Shown here piece after piece: positions 1-11,930 of a stretch of 64,000 nt of DNA. Every line of letters starts with the position of its first letter. Position 1 is the first letter of the stretch. Position numbers and translations under genes: made by a program. The DNA lies in the NCBI GenBank assembly GCA_963737265.1, contig CAVTRY010000023.1, positions 485,999 to 549,998 of the forward strand, in the 5' to 3' direction. Source of the DNA: an uncultured delta proteobacterium (GTDB taxonomy: Bacteria; Myxococcota_A; Polyangia; Fen-1088). The notes beneath the pieces were generated by a model. The model was not told the origin of the DNA, did not search any database, and saw nothing but the letters and a program-made list of their open reading frames with translations.

Positions 1-2
1 GA

Positions 3-353
3 TGGGTCCAGCAAGAGAGCACCTTCTTCGCGCGCGCCCTCCTCGACCGCGTGCCGCCGGACCGGCTGGAGGTCATCCGATCGAAGTCGCTGGCCGGAGA
101 TTTCCTGCTTTGGGTTGAATTCGCAAAGCAAACCCACCTGCACACGGTGCCGACGGTGCTTGCGGGTTTCAGAATCCACGACAGCAACGCGTCCGGTGCT
201 ATCGACAAGTACCTGGCCGAGGTGTCCGAGGCCGGATTCTGGATTCCTCCCCGCGTTATCTGCACGGCTATGCGCTTTGCGTATAGCCCCTTCTCCATTC
301 TCGTGCAGCGGTACCTCACCGCGTCTCGCTACGATCGATTCTGGAAACCGTAG
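3..353 (+). CDS. GT2-family glycosyltransferase, C-terminal part (truncated by window edge)
   Basis: Open frame from base 3 reads WVQQESTFF...AGDFLLW...FRIH, typical GT2 C-terminal motifs. Confidence 0.7.
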   Translation, partial: WVQQESTFFARALLDRVPPDRLEVIRSKSLAGDFLLWVEFAKQTHLHTVPTVLAGFRIHDSNASGAIDKYLAEVSEAGFWIPPRVICTAMRFAYSPFSILVQRYLTASRYDRFWKP

Positions 354-415
354 CGGCCCAGAACCCGCTGGCTCGGAATTGTGGTTCCACACAAGAATCG
401 GGTAGGCTGCCGAAA

Positions 416-1186
416 ATGAACACGAGGCCACGAGGACTCGCCGATGCGGCAGCGCTCCTCGCACGCGTTGTCAGTCGCCCTTTGAACTCGGCCCTCGGCC
501 GACTCGGACTGCAGCTCAGCCGCACGGACGAACGCGCAGTCGCGACCATGCGGGCGGGCCTCGCTAGGGCTGCCAGGCGCGGCCCGCCGGTTGGAACGAT
601 GGTCGACGTCGGAGCCTCAGACGGGCGCTGGTCGGACATTGCTCGGCAATACTTCCCCTCGTCCAACCTTCTGCTTATCGAGGCCAATGAAGCCCACCGC
701 TCTGGCTTGGAGTCATTTCGCCAGCGCGTCCCACGCTCGGATTTCGTCTTGGCTGCGGCCGGCAACCAGGTCGGCCACCTATTCTTCGACGGAAGCGATC
801 CATTCGGCGGTCTCGCCAGCGCCGAAGCCACCGAGCGTTCCTCCCGCCTCCCGGCCACCACCATCGACCACGAAGTCGCCACGCGATCCCTGCCCGGGCC
901 TTACCTAGTCAAACTCGACACCCACGGGTTCGAATTGCCGATCCTTGAAGGGGCGAGGACCACGCTGGCCCACACCGACCTTCTCATTATCGAGGTCTAC
1001 AATTTCACCTTGTGTCAGGGGGCGCTCAGGTTCTATGAAATGTGCGCTCACTTAGCTCCGCTCGGATTTCGCCCGATTGACCTATGCGACCCGATGTACC
1101 GGCCAACCGACGAGGTCCTGTGGCAATGCGACATGTTTTTTGCCCGTAGCGATCGGCCCGAATTCCAGAACAGCGCCTATTCATGA
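416..1186 (+). CDS. FkbM-family methyltransferase
   Basis: MVDVGASDG, IEAN, VKLDTHGFE motifs. Confidence 0.9.
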   Translation: MNTRPRGLADAAALLARVVSRPLNSALGRLGLQLSRTDERAVATMRAGLARAARRGPPVGTMVDVGASDGRWSDIARQYFPSSNLLLIEANEAHRSGLESFRQRVPRSDFVLAAAGNQVGHLFFDGSDPFGGLASAEATERSSRLPATTIDHEVATRSLPGPYLVKLDTHGFELPILEGARTTLAHTDLLIIEVYNFTLCQGALRFYEMCAHLAPLGFRPIDLCDPMYRPTDEVLWQCDMFFARSDRPEFQNSAYS

Positions 1187-1198
1187 TGCGCCGTCGCG

Positions 1199-2206
1199 TC
1201 ACTCCGGGGACGATGAGCGAGGGCTCTGCGCACCGCCCACGGCGTGCTGCAATTCCATCTGGGTTCGGACCAGGTGGCCGGCCACTTCGCGCATCATAGT
1301 CCGGGCACGCCATCCAATGGTTTTCGCCGCGGCGGACGGATCGGCGGCGCTGTCCTGAATCTCGGAAGGCCGGAAGAGAGCCGGATCGACTTCCACATGG
1401 TCTCGCATTTGAATCCCGACGCTGTCAAAGGACGCGGCGATAAACTCGGCCAGTGTGTTTGATTGGCCCGTGGCCAGAACCAGGTCGCGTGGCTCGGATG
1501 CTTGGAGCATCAGATGGAAGGCTTCCACATATTCGGCGGCCAATCCCCAATCCCTCCGGATGGAGAGGTTTCCAACCTTGAGCCGGCCGCCCACACCCCG
1601 CACTATTCCGGCCACGAAGCTCGCTACTTTGCTAGTTACGAACTGGGGCGGCCGGAGCGGCGATTCATGGTTGAACGTGATGCCGGAGCAAGCAAAAAGA
1701 CCGTACGATGATCGATAGACGCAGATCAGATGCATGCTGGCGGCTTTCGCGGCACCATAGGGGCTTCTAGGCGCCAGCGGTGTCTGTTCGCTGGCGGGCA
1801 GCTTGGTGTCGCCGAAACACTCACTCGACCCGGCATTGAACAGTCGTGCCTCGGGCGCGCAGGTTCTCACAGCCTCCAGCAGGGCCAACGTGCCCCTTGT
1901 CACGCTCTCAACCGTTTCGCACGGATAGCGGAATGACGAAGCGACCGATGACTGTCCAGCGAGGTTGTAGATCTCGTGTGGCTTGGTCGCCCTGACCAAA
2001 TCGGCTACCGCAGCCAGGTTACACGGGTCCAACGTGGCTAGCTGGATACGATCCCCTAACCCGGCAGCCGCAAGCCGCGTTGTCGGTCCATCATCAAGTC
2101 GTCGCGACGTCCCTGAAACCGTGTAACCCTGGTCCAGGAGATGCCGAGCCAGGAGGATTCCATCCTGGCCCGAGATGCCAACGATCAATGCGGAGCGATT
2201 CGTCAT
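1199..2206 (-). CDS. gmd: GDP-mannose 4,6-dehydratase
   Basis: GISGQDG, YNLAGQSSV, YGAAK, FNHESPLR, RDWG motifs. Confidence 0.88.
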   Translation of the reverse strand: MTNRSALIVGISGQDGILLARHLLDQGYTVSGTSRRLDDGPTTRLAAAGLGDRIQLATLDPCNLAAVADLVRATKPHEIYNLAGQSSVASSFRYPCETVESVTRGTLALLEAVRTCAPEARLFNAGSSECFGDTKLPASEQTPLAPRSPYGAAKAASMHLICVYRSSYGLFACSGITFNHESPLRPPQFVTSKVASFVAGIVRGVGGRLKVGNLSIRRDWGLAAEYVEAFHLMLQASEPRDLVLATGQSNTLAEFIAASFDSVGIQMRDHVEVDPALFRPSEIQDSAADPSAAAKTIGWRARTMMREVAGHLVRTQMELQHAVGGAQSPRSSSPE

Positions 2207-2395
2207 GTAGCTGCCTCTGGCCTCGGTGAAGGTAACTCAACAGGCGACGGCGACCCAACCCAATCGTGCATAAGAATTTCCGCCGTCAAGACGCGATCGG
2301 ACACCGCTGTCAGCATTGCACCTTCCGAGACGCGCTCCCCACCTAAGTCGGCTGGTGACTCCGCTTGTCTATCGTGCCAACGTGGCAGCGTTCAG

Positions 2396-3508
2396 ATGAG
2401 CCATTCCCACTCCGAAACGATAAGAGTCTTCTTCGATACCCAGGCCTTCCGCCTCCAAAGGGTTGGGGGCATCTCAAGGTACTATGCCGAGCTAATCCAC
2501 CGGCTGCCGGCATTCAACGTGGCTCCTACCCTGCACATGCCGCTGGTGAGCAATGAACACGCCGTCACGGCCGGACTTTCGAGCAAGACCGGGAGCGATT
2601 TTCTTTCCGGCCATTCCCGTGCACGAGGCTTGGTCCATGCAGCGCTCCGATATGGCGACACGATTTTCGGCGCGTTGGGCCGTTTCGACATTCTTCACCG
2701 AACGTATTACTCAAAGACCCGAGCCGTACGGCAACCGGCCGTCTGCACCGTCGTTGACATGATTCCCGAGCTGTTTCCGGACCACTTCCCGAATGGCAAT
2801 CCGCACCAGCAAAAGCGGGAGGTCGTCGCATCCTCCGATCTGGTGCTTTCCATCTCAGAATCCACCAGCCGTGACATCGTGCAGATGTACGGCTGCCCCG
2901 CCGAAAAGGTCGTGACGACCCCTCTTGGGATCGACCTGCAAGCGTTCTCTCACGCGCCCAAGCTGCCCAATCCGTTTACCGTGCCCTATGTACTCTTCGT
3001 CGGGAATCGCGGCGGGTATAAGAACTTTGGCCGCTTCAGCGCCGCCGCCAGCGCCGTACTTGCATCCAACCCGAATCTGTCGTTGGCCGTGCTAGGCGGA
3101 GGCGACCTTCGGCAGGAGGAGGTCGAGGTGTTTTCGCGCACAGGGGTCATTGATCGGGTTCGGCAGGCAAGCGTTCCAGACGCCGCGCTGCCAACTATCT
3201 ACAGCGAAGCCGAGCTTTTTGTCTTCCCCTCCGAGTACGAGGGGTTCGGACTACCCCTTCTCGAAAGCTTTGCCAGCGGTTGTCCGGTCGCTGCGAGCCG
3301 AACAAGCTCGCTTCCGGAGGTTGGTGGCCAGGCCATCGAATACTTCGACCCCAAATCCGTCGATGACATCGCCCACGCCATGGAAAAGGTCATCGGATCG
3401 CCGGCGCGGGCCGATGAGCTAAAGCGTTTGGGAAACGAAAGGGTCAAGCTCTTCTCTTGGGAACGCACTGCGGAGCTCACGGCGGCGGCGTATCGCCGAC
3501 TCCGCTGA
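2396..3508 (+). CDS. GT4-family glycosyltransferase
   Basis: GGISRY, YKNF, FPSEYEGFGLP motifs; start placed at ATG 2396 (MSHSH). Confidence 0.9.
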   Translation: MSHSHSETIRVFFDTQAFRLQRVGGISRYYAELIHRLPAFNVAPTLHMPLVSNEHAVTAGLSSKTGSDFLSGHSRARGLVHAALRYGDTIFGALGRFDILHRTYYSKTRAVRQPAVCTVVDMIPELFPDHFPNGNPHQQKREVVASSDLVLSISESTSRDIVQMYGCPAEKVVTTPLGIDLQAFSHAPKLPNPFTVPYVLFVGNRGGYKNFGRFSAAASAVLASNPNLSLAVLGGGDLRQEEVEVFSRTGVIDRVRQASVPDAALPTIYSEAELFVFPSEYEGFGLPLLESFASGCPVAASRTSSLPEVGGQAIEYFDPKSVDDIAHAMEKVIGSPARADELKRLGNERVKLFSWERTAELTAAAYRRLR

Positions 3509-3572
3509 CTCGACGGATCCATGCGGCTTGATTCGGCAGTCCAAATCGGCAATATTTCCCGGTAATTCTGCG

Positions 3573-4412
3573 ATGATCGAACTTCCCTCACAGCATCGGA
3601 CGCTGATTCTTCGCCCGACGGCGGCCCTGTCCTGGCAGGACGTCCGAGACACGTGGGACTACCGCGAGCTGCTATGGATCCTGGCCCTACGAGACGTCAG
3701 AGTGCGCTATAAACAGGCCTCCCTGGGGATCGCGTGGGCCCTACTCCAGCCCCTCGTCCAGATGGTGGTCTTCACAGTGCTCTTCAACCGTTTGGCGGGT
3801 TTGCGCAGCGACGGCTCCGTACCCTATCCCGTGTTTTGCCTGGCCGGTCTCACCGTCTGGGGCTTGTTCGCCAGCGGACTGTCGAACGCCAGCGAGAGCC
3901 TCCTCAACAGCGCCAACCTCGTGACCAAGGTCTACTTCCCGCGCGTCCTCATTCCCTTGGCGACCATTTTGGCGGCGGTGGTTGACTGCGCCATCGCTGG
4001 CGTCTTGCTGGCCGGATTGATGATCGTGATGCATGTTCCCTTTCACGCCACCGCCTTGCTCGCCGTGCCGATAGCAGCGATCGCGGCTCTGTGTGCGGCA
4101 TCGTTGGGTCTTTGGGCTGCAGCGCTCAATCTGCACTACCGAGACGTGCGCTACGCCTTGCCATTTTTCATCCAAATCCTGGTGTACGCGACGCCGGTCT
4201 TCTACTCGGCCTCGGTCGTGCCCGAAAGATACCGTCCGTTTCTGGCCCTCAACCCGATGGTCGCGGTGGTCAACGGGTTTCGTGCCGCCCTGTTCGGCAA
4301 TCCGATCCCGTTTGCGCCCCTCGGTCTAGCGCTGGCCTTTTCCTTGCTCGTCGGTTTGCTTGGCTTCGTCCGCTTTCGGCAGCTAGAGCGAACCTTCGCG
4401 GATCGGATCTGA
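3573..4412 (+). CDS. wzm: Polysaccharide ABC exporter permease (Wzm)
   Basis: [23 protein letters not shown] motifs; about six TM segments; TGATG coupling to wzt. Confidence 0.9.
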   Translation: MIELPSQHRTLILRPTAALSWQDVRDTWDYRELLWILALRDVRVRYKQASLGIAWALLQPLVQMVVFTVLFNRLAGLRSDGSVPYPVFCLAGLTVWGLFASGLSNASESLLNSANLVTKVYFPRVLIPLATILAAVVDCAIAGVLLAGLMIVMHVPFHATALLAVPIAAIAALCAASLGLWAAALNLHYRDVRYALPFFIQILVYATPVFYSASVVPERYRPFLALNPMVAVVNGFRAALFGNPIPFAPLGLALAFSLLVGLLGFVRFRQLERTFADRI

Positions 4413-5710
4413 TGGCACAGCCTATCATCGAAGCCCGCGATCTGGGCAAACGGTACTTCCTCGGTACCGGGGGTGGCCAAACGCTGCGAGAGACGATCAT
4501 CAGCGGCTTCACGGCGCCCTTCCGCTATCTGGCCGGTCAAAGGACCCCGCAAGAGAGTTTCTGGGCCCTCAAGGATGTCGCATTCGACATCGCGGCCGGC
4601 GAGGCCGTGGGCATCATTGGCCGCAACGGCGCCGGAAAGTCGACCCTGCTCAAGGTTCTTTCGCGTATCACGTCGCCAACCACGGGCGAGGTGCGCATCC
4701 ACGGCAAGGTGGCGTCGTTGCTCGAAGTGGGCACCGGCTTTCACCCCGAGCTGAGCGGGCGAGAAAACATCTTTCTCAATGGCGCCATCATGGGAATGAC
4801 ACGCGCGGAAGTGCGCGCCAGCTTCGACGAGATCGTCGCCTTTGCCGAGGTAGACAAGTTCCTCGACACTCCCGTCAAGCGCTACTCGTCCGGGATGTAC
4901 GTGCGCCTCGCGTTCGCCGTGGCCGCGCATCTCCAGCCCGAAATCCTTGTGGTCGACGAGGTACTCGCCGTGGGCGACGCTTCCTTTCAGAAAAAGTGCT
5001 TGGGCAAGATGCAAAACGTGGCGTCCGGCGGTCGCACGGTCTTGTTCGTCAGCCACAACATGGCGGCCATTACGCGCTTGTGCAGCCGCGCCATCCTCCT
5101 CAGTCACGGCCAGGTCGCCGCGGAGGGCCCCGTCGCGAAGGTGGCCGGCATCTACGCGGGTGGAACCAACGGCGAGAGCGCCACCGAGATCGACTTTCGT
5201 CGGCGCGGAAAAACCCCGGAATCGGAGCACGTTCGGCTGCTGGCGGCGCGCCTCATCGGCGACCAGCCAGGATCGCCGGCCGTGGACATCCGGCGGCCGT
5301 TTTCATTTCAGTTCGATTTCGAAGTGCTGAACGACCGCTATCCGCTCCACCCCAACTTCCACATTTTCAACGAAGAGGGCAGCTGCGTCTTCGTCAGCAG
5401 CGACGGCTGCGTGCGCGCGTACCAGCGGCCCAAGGTGCCCGGTGTCTATCGCTCGACGGTCACTATCCCGGGCAACTTCATGGCGGAGGGAATGTTCTCG
5501 ATGGACTTCGCCATCTCGACACTCGATCCTGTCATCGTTCACGTCTTAGAGCGTGGCTTGTTCACGTTCAGCATTCACGACGCGGTCGAAGGCGACTCCG
5601 CGCGTGGCATGTATGCGGGGCCGATGCCCGGGGCCGTGCGACCGATGCTGCCGTGGCAAACCGAAGCGCTGGGCACGGTCGTCAACCTGAGAGAACGGGG
5701 CGAGACATGA
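4412..5710 (+). CDS. wzt: Polysaccharide ABC exporter ATPase (Wzt) with C-terminal carbohydrate-binding domain
   Basis: GRNGAGKST Walker A, YSSGM signature, VDEVLAVGD. Confidence 0.92.
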   Translation: MAQPIIEARDLGKRYFLGTGGGQTLRETIISGFTAPFRYLAGQRTPQESFWALKDVAFDIAAGEAVGIIGRNGAGKSTLLKVLSRITSPTTGEVRIHGKVASLLEVGTGFHPELSGRENIFLNGAIMGMTRAEVRASFDEIVAFAEVDKFLDTPVKRYSSGMYVRLAFAVAAHLQPEILVVDEVLAVGDASFQKKCLGKMQNVASGGRTVLFVSHNMAAITRLCSRAILLSHGQVAAEGPVAKVAGIYAGGTNGESATEIDFRRRGKTPESEHVRLLAARLIGDQPGSPAVDIRRPFSFQFDFEVLNDRYPLHPNFHIFNEEGSCVFVSSDGCVRAYQRPKVPGVYRSTVTIPGNFMAEGMFSMDFAISTLDPVIVHVLERGLFTFSIHDAVEGDSARGMYAGPMPGAVRPMLPWQTEALGTVVNLRERGET

Positions 5711-6477
5711 AAGCGGTGATTCTGGCGGGCGGAATGGGAACTCGCATCAGCGAAGAAACGCAGGTTCGCCCCAAACCCATGGTCGAGATCGGCGGGCGAC
5801 CGGTGCTCTGGCACATCATGAAGATGTACGCACACCACGGGGTTCGCGACTTCATCGTGTGCCTCGGATACAAGGGGTACGTCATCAAAGAGTACTTCGC
5901 GAACTACTTCATCCACAATTCCGACGTCACCTTCCATCTCGCCGACAACCGCATCGACGTTCACGAGCGCAAGGCCGAACCCTGGCACGTGACCCTGGTC
6001 GACACCGGGGAGAAGACCCAAACGGGTGGGCGCTTGAAGCGCGTGCAGTCCTATGTGGGCAACGAAACTTTTTGCATGACCTACGGTGATGGTCTGGCGG
6101 ACGTCGACATCGCCAAGAGCATCCGGTTCCACGAATCCCAAGCCCGGCTGGCGACGGTCACGGCCGTAACTCCGCCCGGACGGTTCGGCATGCTAACCGT
6201 CGAGGATCGCCTGATCACCGGCTTCAGCGAAAAACCACCCGGTGATGGCGCAAGAATCAACGGCGGATTTTTTGTGCTCTCACCCAAGGTGTTCGATTAC
6301 ATCGTCGGCGATCATACCAGTTGGGAACGGGAGCCGATCGAACGCCTGGCCACCGAAGGACAGCTTTCGGCGTTCCTGCACGAGGGATTCTGGCAACCCA
6401 TGGACCACATGAGGGACAAGGCGTTGCTCGAAGGCCTGTGGAATTCGGGCTCTGCGCCATGGAAGGTTTGGAAATGA
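5707..6477 (+). CDS. rfbF: Glucose-1-phosphate cytidylyltransferase
   Basis: [33 protein letters not shown]. Confidence 0.95.
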   Translation: MKAVILAGGMGTRISEETQVRPKPMVEIGGRPVLWHIMKMYAHHGVRDFIVCLGYKGYVIKEYFANYFIHNSDVTFHLADNRIDVHERKAEPWHVTLVDTGEKTQTGGRLKRVQSYVGNETFCMTYGDGLADVDIAKSIRFHESQARLATVTAVTPPGRFGMLTVEDRLITGFSEKPPGDGARINGGFFVLSPKVFDYIVGDHTSWEREPIERLATEGQLSAFLHEGFWQPMDHMRDKALLEGLWNSGSAPWKVWK

Positions 6478-7532
6478 ATCGCGCCTTCTGGCAGGGCCGG
6501 CCGGTGCTGCTGACGGGACACACCGGTTTCAAGGGAAGTTGGCTCAGCCTCATTCTCGATCGATTGGGAGCCAGGGTCACGGGCTATGCCCTGGCGCCGC
6601 AGGGCGAGCGGAATCTGTTCGAATCGGCGCGCGTCGCCCGGCACGTGACATCGGTTTTTGCCGACATTCGCGATGTCAATACATTGAAGGCGACGGCCAT
6701 TGCAGCAGCGCCCGAGATCATCTTGCATCTCGCGGCCCAGTCTCTCGTACTGACGTCCTACGGCGCGCCGCTGGAGACGTTCGCCACGAACGTCCTTGGA
6801 ACCGCGAATATCTTGGAAGCAGCCCGTTCCGTGCCGTCGGTGCGGGCGGTGGTCGTGGTGACGACGGACAAGGTCTACAAGAACCAAGAGCGGATCCGAC
6901 CCTATCGCGAGGACGACGAGCTGGGCGGGCGCGATCCTTATTCCAGCAGCAAGGCCTGCGCGGAGCTGGTGGCGTCGGCCTATCGCGATTCTTTCCTGAG
7001 CACGCGCGGGATCGCCTGCGCGACTGCACGGGCCGGCAACGTGATCGGAGGCGGCGACTGGGCCGACAACCGTATCGTCCCGGACTTCGTGCGCGCCGCT
7101 CTGGCCAAGCGCCCGCTGGTGGTTCGGAATCCGGACAGCACACGTCCTTGGCAGCACTTGCTGGAGCCGCTGGAGGGATATCTGCTGCTGGCCGAACGGC
7201 TGGCGGCAGAACCTTCGCGCTGGCAAGGCGCATGGAATTTCGGCCCACCAGCAGACGCCGTGCGGCCGGTGCGCCGACTCGTCGACGATTTGGTGGCGGC
7301 CTGGGGCGAAGGTTCCTCCTGTGCCCATGAGCCCGTGGAACAGCCCCACGAGGCCACGCTCCTGACCCTGGATTCTGCCAAGGCCAGGCAAGAGCTGGGC
7401 TGGGCGCCCAGCCTGGGCTACGCGCGCGGCGTTCAGCTCACCGTGGAGTGGTACAAGGCCTTCACGCGCGGCGAAGATCTCGAAGCGGTGACGCTCGCGC
7501 AGATAGATTCAGGCCTGCCCAACCGCGTTTGA
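6474..7532 (+). CDS. rfbG: CDP-glucose 4,6-dehydratase
   Basis: [34 protein letters not shown]. Confidence 0.95.
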   Translation: MNRAFWQGRPVLLTGHTGFKGSWLSLILDRLGARVTGYALAPQGERNLFESARVARHVTSVFADIRDVNTLKATAIAAAPEIILHLAAQSLVLTSYGAPLETFATNVLGTANILEAARSVPSVRAVVVVTTDKVYKNQERIRPYREDDELGGRDPYSSSKACAELVASAYRDSFLSTRGIACATARAGNVIGGGDWADNRIVPDFVRAALAKRPLVVRNPDSTRPWQHLLEPLEGYLLLAERLAAEPSRWQGAWNFGPPADAVRPVRRLVDDLVAAWGEGSSCAHEPVEQPHEATLLTLDSAKARQELGWAPSLGYARGVQLTVEWYKAFTRGEDLEAVTLAQIDSGLPNRV

Positions 7533-7562
7533 CGTCATGGTTTTTCCCCTGGAACAAGTGTT

Positions 7563-8470
7563 TTGAGAGTCTTTGTCACAGGCGTCACGGGATTCGTCGG
7601 CCGTGCGTTCTGCCAGGCGGCACAGGCCCGCGGTCACCGAGATCCTCGGGCTCGTCCGCAACCCGAGCACACCCACGCGTGACGGATGCAAGACGGTGTG
7701 CGGCTCGCTCGAAGAACATGCCGTGGAAGGAAGTCGAAGCCTTCGCTCCGGATGCGGCACTTCACCTGGCTTGGATTGCCACGCCAGGGGTCTACCTGCA
7801 ATCGCCCGAAAACACCGTGCTCTTGGCGCAAAGTCAGACCCTACTACGTGGCCTCATGGACCGCGGCGTGAAACACATTGCGGGGGTTGGCACGTGCATC
7901 GAATATGCGCCGTCCGTTGAGACGGCAGACGAGCAACACTCTGCACTCGCCCCCGCCTTCCCCTATTCGCGCGCCAAGGTAGAACTCATGAACTGGTTGC
8001 AATCCGTGTGCAACCAAAGCTCCATCGCATGGACGTGGTTCCGCATCTTCTATCCTTACGGGGCCGGTGAACATCCTAGCCGGCTACCGAGCTATATGGT
8101 CCTTCGACTTCGACGGGGACAGGAGGTCGTCTTGTCGACGCCTCACAGCGTCAAGGATTTTATCTATATCTCCGACCTGGCGAGAGCACTCTGTCAGGGA
8201 TTGGAGGCCAGAATCTCTGGCCCCGTGAATTTGGGTTCAGGGCAAGGTCGTTCCATTGGGCACCTTGCACAAACCATTGCCAGTCTGATGGAGATCGACC
8301 CCGCGCTCATTCGACTAGCCGCCTCGCCCGGCGTGGATCCTGCTCCGTTCCTAGTGGCAAACACATCGAAAATTCGCACCACGGGGTGGGAACCTTCGAT
8401 GTCCCTTACCAGCGGACTGCAGAAGCTCATCGCAGTCCTGTCGTCTCCACCAACCTCGTCGCAACCATGA
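7563..8470 (+). CDS. NAD-dependent epimerase/dehydratase (sugar reductase), two apparent frameshifts
   Basis: TTG 7563 reads LRVFVTGVTGFVG; continues after +1 shifts near 7636 (EILGLVR) and 7715 (MPWKEV...YSRAK...DFIY). Confidence 0.8.
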
Positions 8471-9627
8471 ATCGTTCGCACTGCCCTGGCTGCTGCTCCA
8501 CATCCCTCGGGGACGAACTCTTATTGGAGAGCCAACCGGTCATTCTCAACTACCGCTTCGGCAATGCGAAAGAAGCACAAAGTGTTCCTCGTCGCGATTT
8601 GTGCCTGCGCGAGTGCCGCCAGTGCGGCCTCATCTTCAACGCCTCCACGGACAAGGCCCTCGTCCCTTACGACGAACGGTACGAAAACCGGCAGAACTTC
8701 TCGCCTGCTTTCGTCACGCTCCTCGAGGAAACCGCAGATGCGCTTGGCGAGCGTTATCCGCTCGCCGGCGGCACCATTCTCGAGGTGGGTTGTGGCAAGG
8801 GCGACTTTCTCCGCTTGATTTGTGCTCGATCTCACGCCAAAGGCTTGGGATTCGATACCTCTTATGAAGCCGACGACAAGGATCACGGCGGCGAAGAAAG
8901 CAGCAATGTCAGGTTCTTCCGGCGCTATCTCGGCGCTGACCAGGTGCCCGGCAGGGCGGACCTAGTGGTTTGCCGCCATGTCGTCGAACATGTGCCCGAG
9001 ATCGGGGATTTTCTCCGACTCCTGCGAGACGTGTCAATAGCCGCTGGGAATGCCCCTTTGTATGTAGAAACCCCAGCCTGGGAGTGGATTGTCGACAATC
9101 AGGCATTCTGGGATGTCTTTCACGAACACTGCAATTACTTCGCGACCTCCACGTTGCGCCGTCTGGCCGTGGCGGCCGACTTCTCCGTGCTAGGCCAGCG
9201 GCTGATCTTTGGCGGGCAATACCAAGCACTGGAACTTCGACACGGCCAAGCAGGGCAAGGCGATTCTGCAAGCGCCCCGATTCCATCGCTCGCGCACTTT
9301 GCGAAAACCTATGAAGAATCCCGCCGCAGACTGCAAGCCAGGCTACGCGAACAGGGGGCTGACGCGGGATGGGCCGTGTGGGGCGCAGGCGCCAAAGGTG
9401 TTTGCCTCGCCAATACCCTCAAGGAAATGCGGCCGACGTTTGTGATCGACTCGAATCCCGCGAAGAACGGGATGTTCGTCCCGGGCACGTCCATTCCCAT
9501 CGTCGCCCCATCGGACGACCGCGTCCGCAGCGTGCCGCTCATCCTCATCGCCAACTCGGTCTACTACGCGGAAATCGAGCAGTACCTGGCATGCCGCGAC
9601 CTCCATCCCGAGCTGCTTACCCTCTAA
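8467..9627 (+). CDS. Class I SAM methyltransferase, NDP-sugar C-methyltransferase-like
   Basis: N-terminal CxxC/CxxC, EVGCGKG, HVVEH, HEHCNYF, WGAGAKG. Confidence 0.85.
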   Translation: MNRSHCPGCCSTSLGDELLLESQPVILNYRFGNAKEAQSVPRRDLCLRECRQCGLIFNASTDKALVPYDERYENRQNFSPAFVTLLEETADALGERYPLAGGTILEVGCGKGDFLRLICARSHAKGLGFDTSYEADDKDHGGEESSNVRFFRRYLGADQVPGRADLVVCRHVVEHVPEIGDFLRLLRDVSIAAGNAPLYVETPAWEWIVDNQAFWDVFHEHCNYFATSTLRRLAVAADFSVLGQRLIFGGQYQALELRHGQAGQGDSASAPIPSLAHFAKTYEESRRRLQARLREQGADAGWAVWGAGAKGVCLANTLKEMRPTFVIDSNPAKNGMFVPGTSIPIVAPSDDRVRSVPLILIANSVYYAEIEQYLACRDLHPELLTL

Positions 9628-9639
9628 CAAGCCAAGCCC

Positions 9640-10335
9640 ATGAAGCTTTCACTCGCACGCAACGAATTGTTGAGCTACACACAGCGCCAACTCAGCACCT
9701 TCTTTCCGGACGGTCACGCGACGACTCTGGGCGACCATTCCCCAACCGTCGACACGGCCCTGGACAGGCTCGATCGCTGCTTTAGACACGTGTCCGTGCG
9801 GCGATACTGCGAGAACGCACAGACCTTCATGAACCATCTCTATTCGGACCACTACCTAATGTACCTGTGGTTCCTTTCCAACACCCTGTGGAAGGAGAAC
9901 GCCGATCCCGTCCTGCTCAACAAACTCTACTATCTCAACAAGTCCCTGCACGGCTTCGATTGTGTCTATGACACATCGATGCCGGACATCTTTCTAGTCT
10001 TTCACGGCAGTGGCACAGTACTGGGGAAGGCCGACTATTCGGACTACTTCGTGGCATTGCAGGGTTGCACCGTGGGTGCCCATAGTGGCAAGTACCCGCG
10101 CCTCGGGCGTGGCGTGGCGCTGGCCGCGCACAGTTCCATCATCGGCGAATGCATCATCGGAAATCGTGTTTCCATCGGCAGCCAAACCGGTGTCTTCAAG
10201 CGAAATGTCGAAGACGATTGCTCGATCTACCGGAAGGACGACGGACGCTTGGAAGTCTCTCGCAGGGCCAAGTGCTACGCGCAGATGTTCTACAGCGACG
10301 ACTTAGCCGCACCTCTCGTGTCGCCAACCGACTGA
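9640..10335 (+). CDS. Left-handed beta-helix acyltransferase (CysE-like sugar O-acetyltransferase)
   Basis: HGSGTVLG, QGCTVG, hexapeptide repeats IIGECIIGNRVSIG. Confidence 0.7.
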   Translation: MKLSLARNELLSYTQRQLSTFFPDGHATTLGDHSPTVDTALDRLDRCFRHVSVRRYCENAQTFMNHLYSDHYLMYLWFLSNTLWKENADPVLLNKLYYLNKSLHGFDCVYDTSMPDIFLVFHGSGTVLGKADYSDYFVALQGCTVGAHSGKYPRLGRGVALAAHSSIIGECIIGNRVSIGSQTGVFKRNVEDDCSIYRKDDGRLEVSRRAKCYAQMFYSDDLAAPLVSPTD

Positions 10336-10458
10336 AGAGGTTTTGAAGAAGCTCTGCTGGCAGCCCGATCTGTTCTCAAGAGCGGCATTAAGGTTGCTGT
10401 TCTATCACACGATCGGCTGTGCAATTGAAACAACGCCCATGCGGGCCCGCCGAAAATC

Positions 10459-11340
10459 CTAGGAGGGAGTTCTCAATAGTTGCCCCAGGTAGCCCCGCCA
10501 GCGGTTCCATATCCGCCACTTTAGTGCGATCGCGAGCGCAACGCGCGAGGCAAGCGCGACTCTCCCGTGCCGTCCGAGTGGCTCATAGACCGGCGAGCGC
10601 CAGGCGATGTCCGCTCCGACGGCCGACAGAATCGCCTCCGACCAATAGCGTGCTTGCCACTTCGGCAGGCGGAGTGTCGACACGATCGCATCCCAGTTCG
10701 CCGAGGCGCCACCGAGGTGTTTGATAACTTGGGTCGTGGGGATGGTCGCGATCTTCCCGCGGAAGGCGATGGACGCCATCCACAGCCAATCGCCACCCAT
10801 CGTGTTGGGCATCCAGGGAAGATCGATCAAAGCTTGGCGTCGGATAATGCCGTGGAAGGCACCATTCTCCTCCACGGTCTTGTAGTAGCGCACGACGCGG
10901 TCGCTGGGCGAGTCGTCGAGCAACTGGGTCGGCGCGGAGGTGTAGCTGAATTCTCCCGCGCGATACATTTGCGATGTGCCGCACACCAAGATCAAATCCG
11001 GCGTGGAAAGAAGCTTTTCGAGGCACGCGCTGACGTAGTTCGGATCGAGCCAGTCGTCGTCGGCCAGAGCGATGTACATCTCGCCCGTCGCGGCCTTGAG
11101 CACCGCCTGATAGTTTGCGGTGGGACCAATATTGGTTGGCTGTCGAAGACAGCGGATCCGACCGTCGCGTTGGCAAAGGCGTTCACAGACCTGCGGCGTA
11201 TCGTCGGTCGAGGCGTTATCGGAGATGACGACCTCGAGGTTCTTGTAGTCCTGCGCCAGAACGAACTCCAGCGCGCGCTCCAGCTTGCGCGCGCGGTTGT
11301 AGGTGGGCAGGCCAATGCTTACGAGCGGTGTGGACGTCAT
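10459..11340 (-). CDS. GT2-family glycosyltransferase
   Basis: SIGLPTYN, SDNASTD, ADDD. Confidence 0.9.
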   Translation of the reverse strand: MTSTPLVSIGLPTYNRARKLERALEFVLAQDYKNLEVVISDNASTDDTPQVCERLCQRDGRIRCLRQPTNIGPTANYQAVLKAATGEMYIALADDDWLDPNYVSACLEKLLSTPDLILVCGTSQMYRAGEFSYTSAPTQLLDDSPSDRVVRYYKTVEENGAFHGIIRRQALIDLPWMPNTMGGDWLWMASIAFRGKIATIPTTQVIKHLGGASANWDAIVSTLRLPKWQARYWSEAILSAVGADIAWRSPVYEPLGRHGRVALASRVALAIALKWRIWNRWRGYLGQLLRTPS

Positions 11341-11531
11341 CGCCCGTCGGTACTACCACAGGCGATTTTGACCTTAAAGCGCAACGTGGGGCTCGGTGCA
11401 GGGGATGATGACTTGGCCGCCGTGGCGTCGACGCTATCGATCACCTGCGGGGTGCCTCCCTGAAACGGGGGCCCCAGCCGGGGGCTCGGTGAGGTAGCAA
11501 CTTCTGGCGGAGTGCCGCCGAAAACGCAGAT

Positions 11532-11930
11532 ATGGAACAGCGAGGAACGGAGAAACAGAGACAGGATGACTTTACTGGGCAAATTATCGCCGCCTGCATC
11601 GAAGTCCACCGTCACCTCGGTCCCGGGCTGCTTGAGTCGGCCTACGAGCACTGCCTGGCGCGCGAGCTAGGCCTGCGTGGATTTCGCACGCAACGTCAGG
11701 TCGCGATTCCTCTGCAGTACAAAGGCATTGACCTCGACTGCGGCTATCGCCTCGACCTCATGGTGGAAGGCCGTTTGGTCGTCGAAGTCAAGGCGGTAGA
11801 GCAGTTGCTTCCTGTCCACTTGGCACAGGTCATTACCTATCTCAAGCTCCTACGACTGCCGGTGGGCCTGCTCGTCAATTTCCACGTCCCCGTACTTCGC
11901 GAGGGTCTCCGCCGCCTCGTCAACCCAACC
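11532..11930 (+). CDS. GxxExxY protein (PD-(D/E)XK-like); homology ends near 11930, frame stays open to 12737
   Basis: GPGLLESAYE, RLDLMVE, VEVKAV, GLLVNF. Confidence 0.85.
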